DNA of 39,873 nucleotides from a virus: UHGV virus genome UHGV-0062059; one strand, 5' to 3'. Shown piece by piece: positions 38,826 to 39,873 of this stretch (position 1 is its first letter; each line of letters starts with the position of its first letter). The notes under the pieces were generated by a model. It saw only the letters and a program-made list of their open reading frames with translations, ran no database searches and was not told where the DNA came from. The position numbers and the translations under genes were made by a program.

Positions 38826-39873
38826 GCGCCGGGATTTACCCCCTAACCTTTATATAAGAAACAATGGATATTACTGCTACAGGGACCCAAGGACGGGTAA
38901 AGAGTTTGGATTAGGCCGAGACAGGAGGATAGCAATCACTGAAGCAATACAGGCCAACATTGAGTTATTTTCAGGACACAAACACAAGCCTCTGACAGCG
39001 AGAATCAACAGTGATAATTCTGTTACGTTACATTCATGGCTTGATCGCTACGAAAAAATCCTCGCCAGCAGAGGAATCAAGCAGAAGACTCTCATAAATT
39101 ACATGAGCAAAATTAAAGCAATAAGGAGGGGTCTGCCTGATGCTCCACTTGAAGACATCACCACAAAAGAAATTGCGGCAATGCTCAATGGATACATAGA
39201 CGAGGGCAAGGCGGCGTCAGCCAAGTTAATCAGATCAACACTGAGTGATGCATTCCGAGAGGCAATAGCTGAAGGCCATATAACAACAAACCCGGTCGCT
39301 GCCACTCGCGCAGCAAAATCAGAGGTAAGGAGATCAAGACTTACGGCTGACGAATACCTGAAAATTTATCAAGCAGCAGAATCATCACCATGTTGGCTCA
39401 GACTTGCAATGGAACTGGCTGTTGTTACCGGGCAGCGAGTTGGTGATTTATGCGAAATGAAGTGGTCTGATATCGTAGATGGATATCTTTATGTCGAGCA
39501 AAGCAAAACAGGTGTAAAAATTGCCATCCCTACAACATTGCATGTTGATACTCTCGGGATATCAATGAAGGAAACACTTGATAAATGCAAAGAGATTCTT
39601 GGTGGAGAAACCATAATTGCATCTACTCGTCGTGAACCGCTTTCATCCGGCACAGTATCAAGGTATTTTATGCGCGCACGAAAAGCATCAGGTCTTTCCT
39701 TCGAAGGGGATCCGCCTACCTTTCACGAGTTGCGCAGTTTGTCTGCAAGACTCTATGAGAAGCAGATAAGCGATAAGTTTGCTCAACATCTTCTCGGGCA
39801 TAAGTCGGACACCATGGCATCACAATATCGTGATGACAGAGGCAGGGAGTGGGACAAAATTGAAATCAAATAA
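38803..39873 (+). CDS. int: Integrase (lambda Int, tyrosine recombinase)
   Basis: 356 aa, near-identical to lambda Int; overlaps xis 3' end as in lambda. Confidence 0.95.
   Translation: MGRRRSHERRDLPPNLYIRNNGYYCYRDPRTGKEFGLGRDRRIAITEAIQANIELFSGHKHKPLTARINSDNSVTLHSWLDRYEKILASRGIKQKTLINYMSKIKAIRRGLPDAPLEDITTKEIAAMLNGYIDEGKAASAKLIRSTLSDAFREAIAEGHITTNPVAATRAAKSEVRRSRLTADEYLKIYQAAESSPCWLRLAMELAVVTGQRVGDLCEMKWSDIVDGYLYVEQSKTGVKIAIPTTLHVDTLGISMKETLDKCKEILGGETIIASTRREPLSSGTVSRYFMRARKASGLSFEGDPPTFHELRSLSARLYEKQISDKFAQHLLGHKSDTMASQYRDDRGREWDKIEIK

Larger units (their letters stand above)
91..39873. mobile_element. Lambdoid/P22-like mosaic prophage (attR junction through int; attL just beyond window end)
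   Basis: Contiguous phage modules from the att core at 91-105 to the int stop at 39873, with typical lambdoid gene order on both strands. Confidence 0.9.

Noticed and set aside
1..39873. CRISPR array or phase-variable short tandem repeats
   Set aside because: No regularly spaced direct repeats with unique spacers; the only tandem repeats are the ori iterons and the needle coding repeats.

Overview
This window is a near-complete ~39.8 kb lambdoid/P22-like mosaic prophage, inverted relative to the usual phage map. All calls rest on reading the six-frame translations and the DNA by eye against remembered phage families; no searches were run. Layout from the left: E. coli-type attB flank (1-90) and lambda-type att core (91-105, attR with a lambda-like P arm); a 981-aa chimeric tailspike on the minus strand; an immI remnant (mnt only, no arc/ant) plus a small accessory locus; P22/Sf6-like ejection, tail, head and packaging genes (gp16 through terS, minus strand); orf80 and Rha; a lambda-type lysis cassette S-R-Rz/Rz1; two tRNA-like genes just downstream of tR'; PR'/6S/Q; a nin region (ninB, ninE, rusA, ybcO-like, ninH, an Rha-KilAC antirepressor); a DnaB-type helicase interrupted by a 339-aa LAGLIDADG intein; an O-like initiator carrying internal iterons; cII; P22-type cro and c2 around OR; PL/nutL and a lambda/phage-21-like N; an early-left accessory block (unknown 207-aa protein, cIII, kil, RecT, Gp157-like, ea-type genes); and lambda-type xis and int ending at the window edge, so attL lies just outside. 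The items most worth follow-up are the intein in the helicase, the sialidase-fold tailspike, the accessory locus between gp16 and the tailspike (SieA-like membrane protein, HExxH protein, orphan Mnt with a new palindromic operator), the unknown 207-aa gene in the ral/sieB slot, and the tRNA pair between tR' and S. I could not identify any single clearly novel multi-gene system with confidence.
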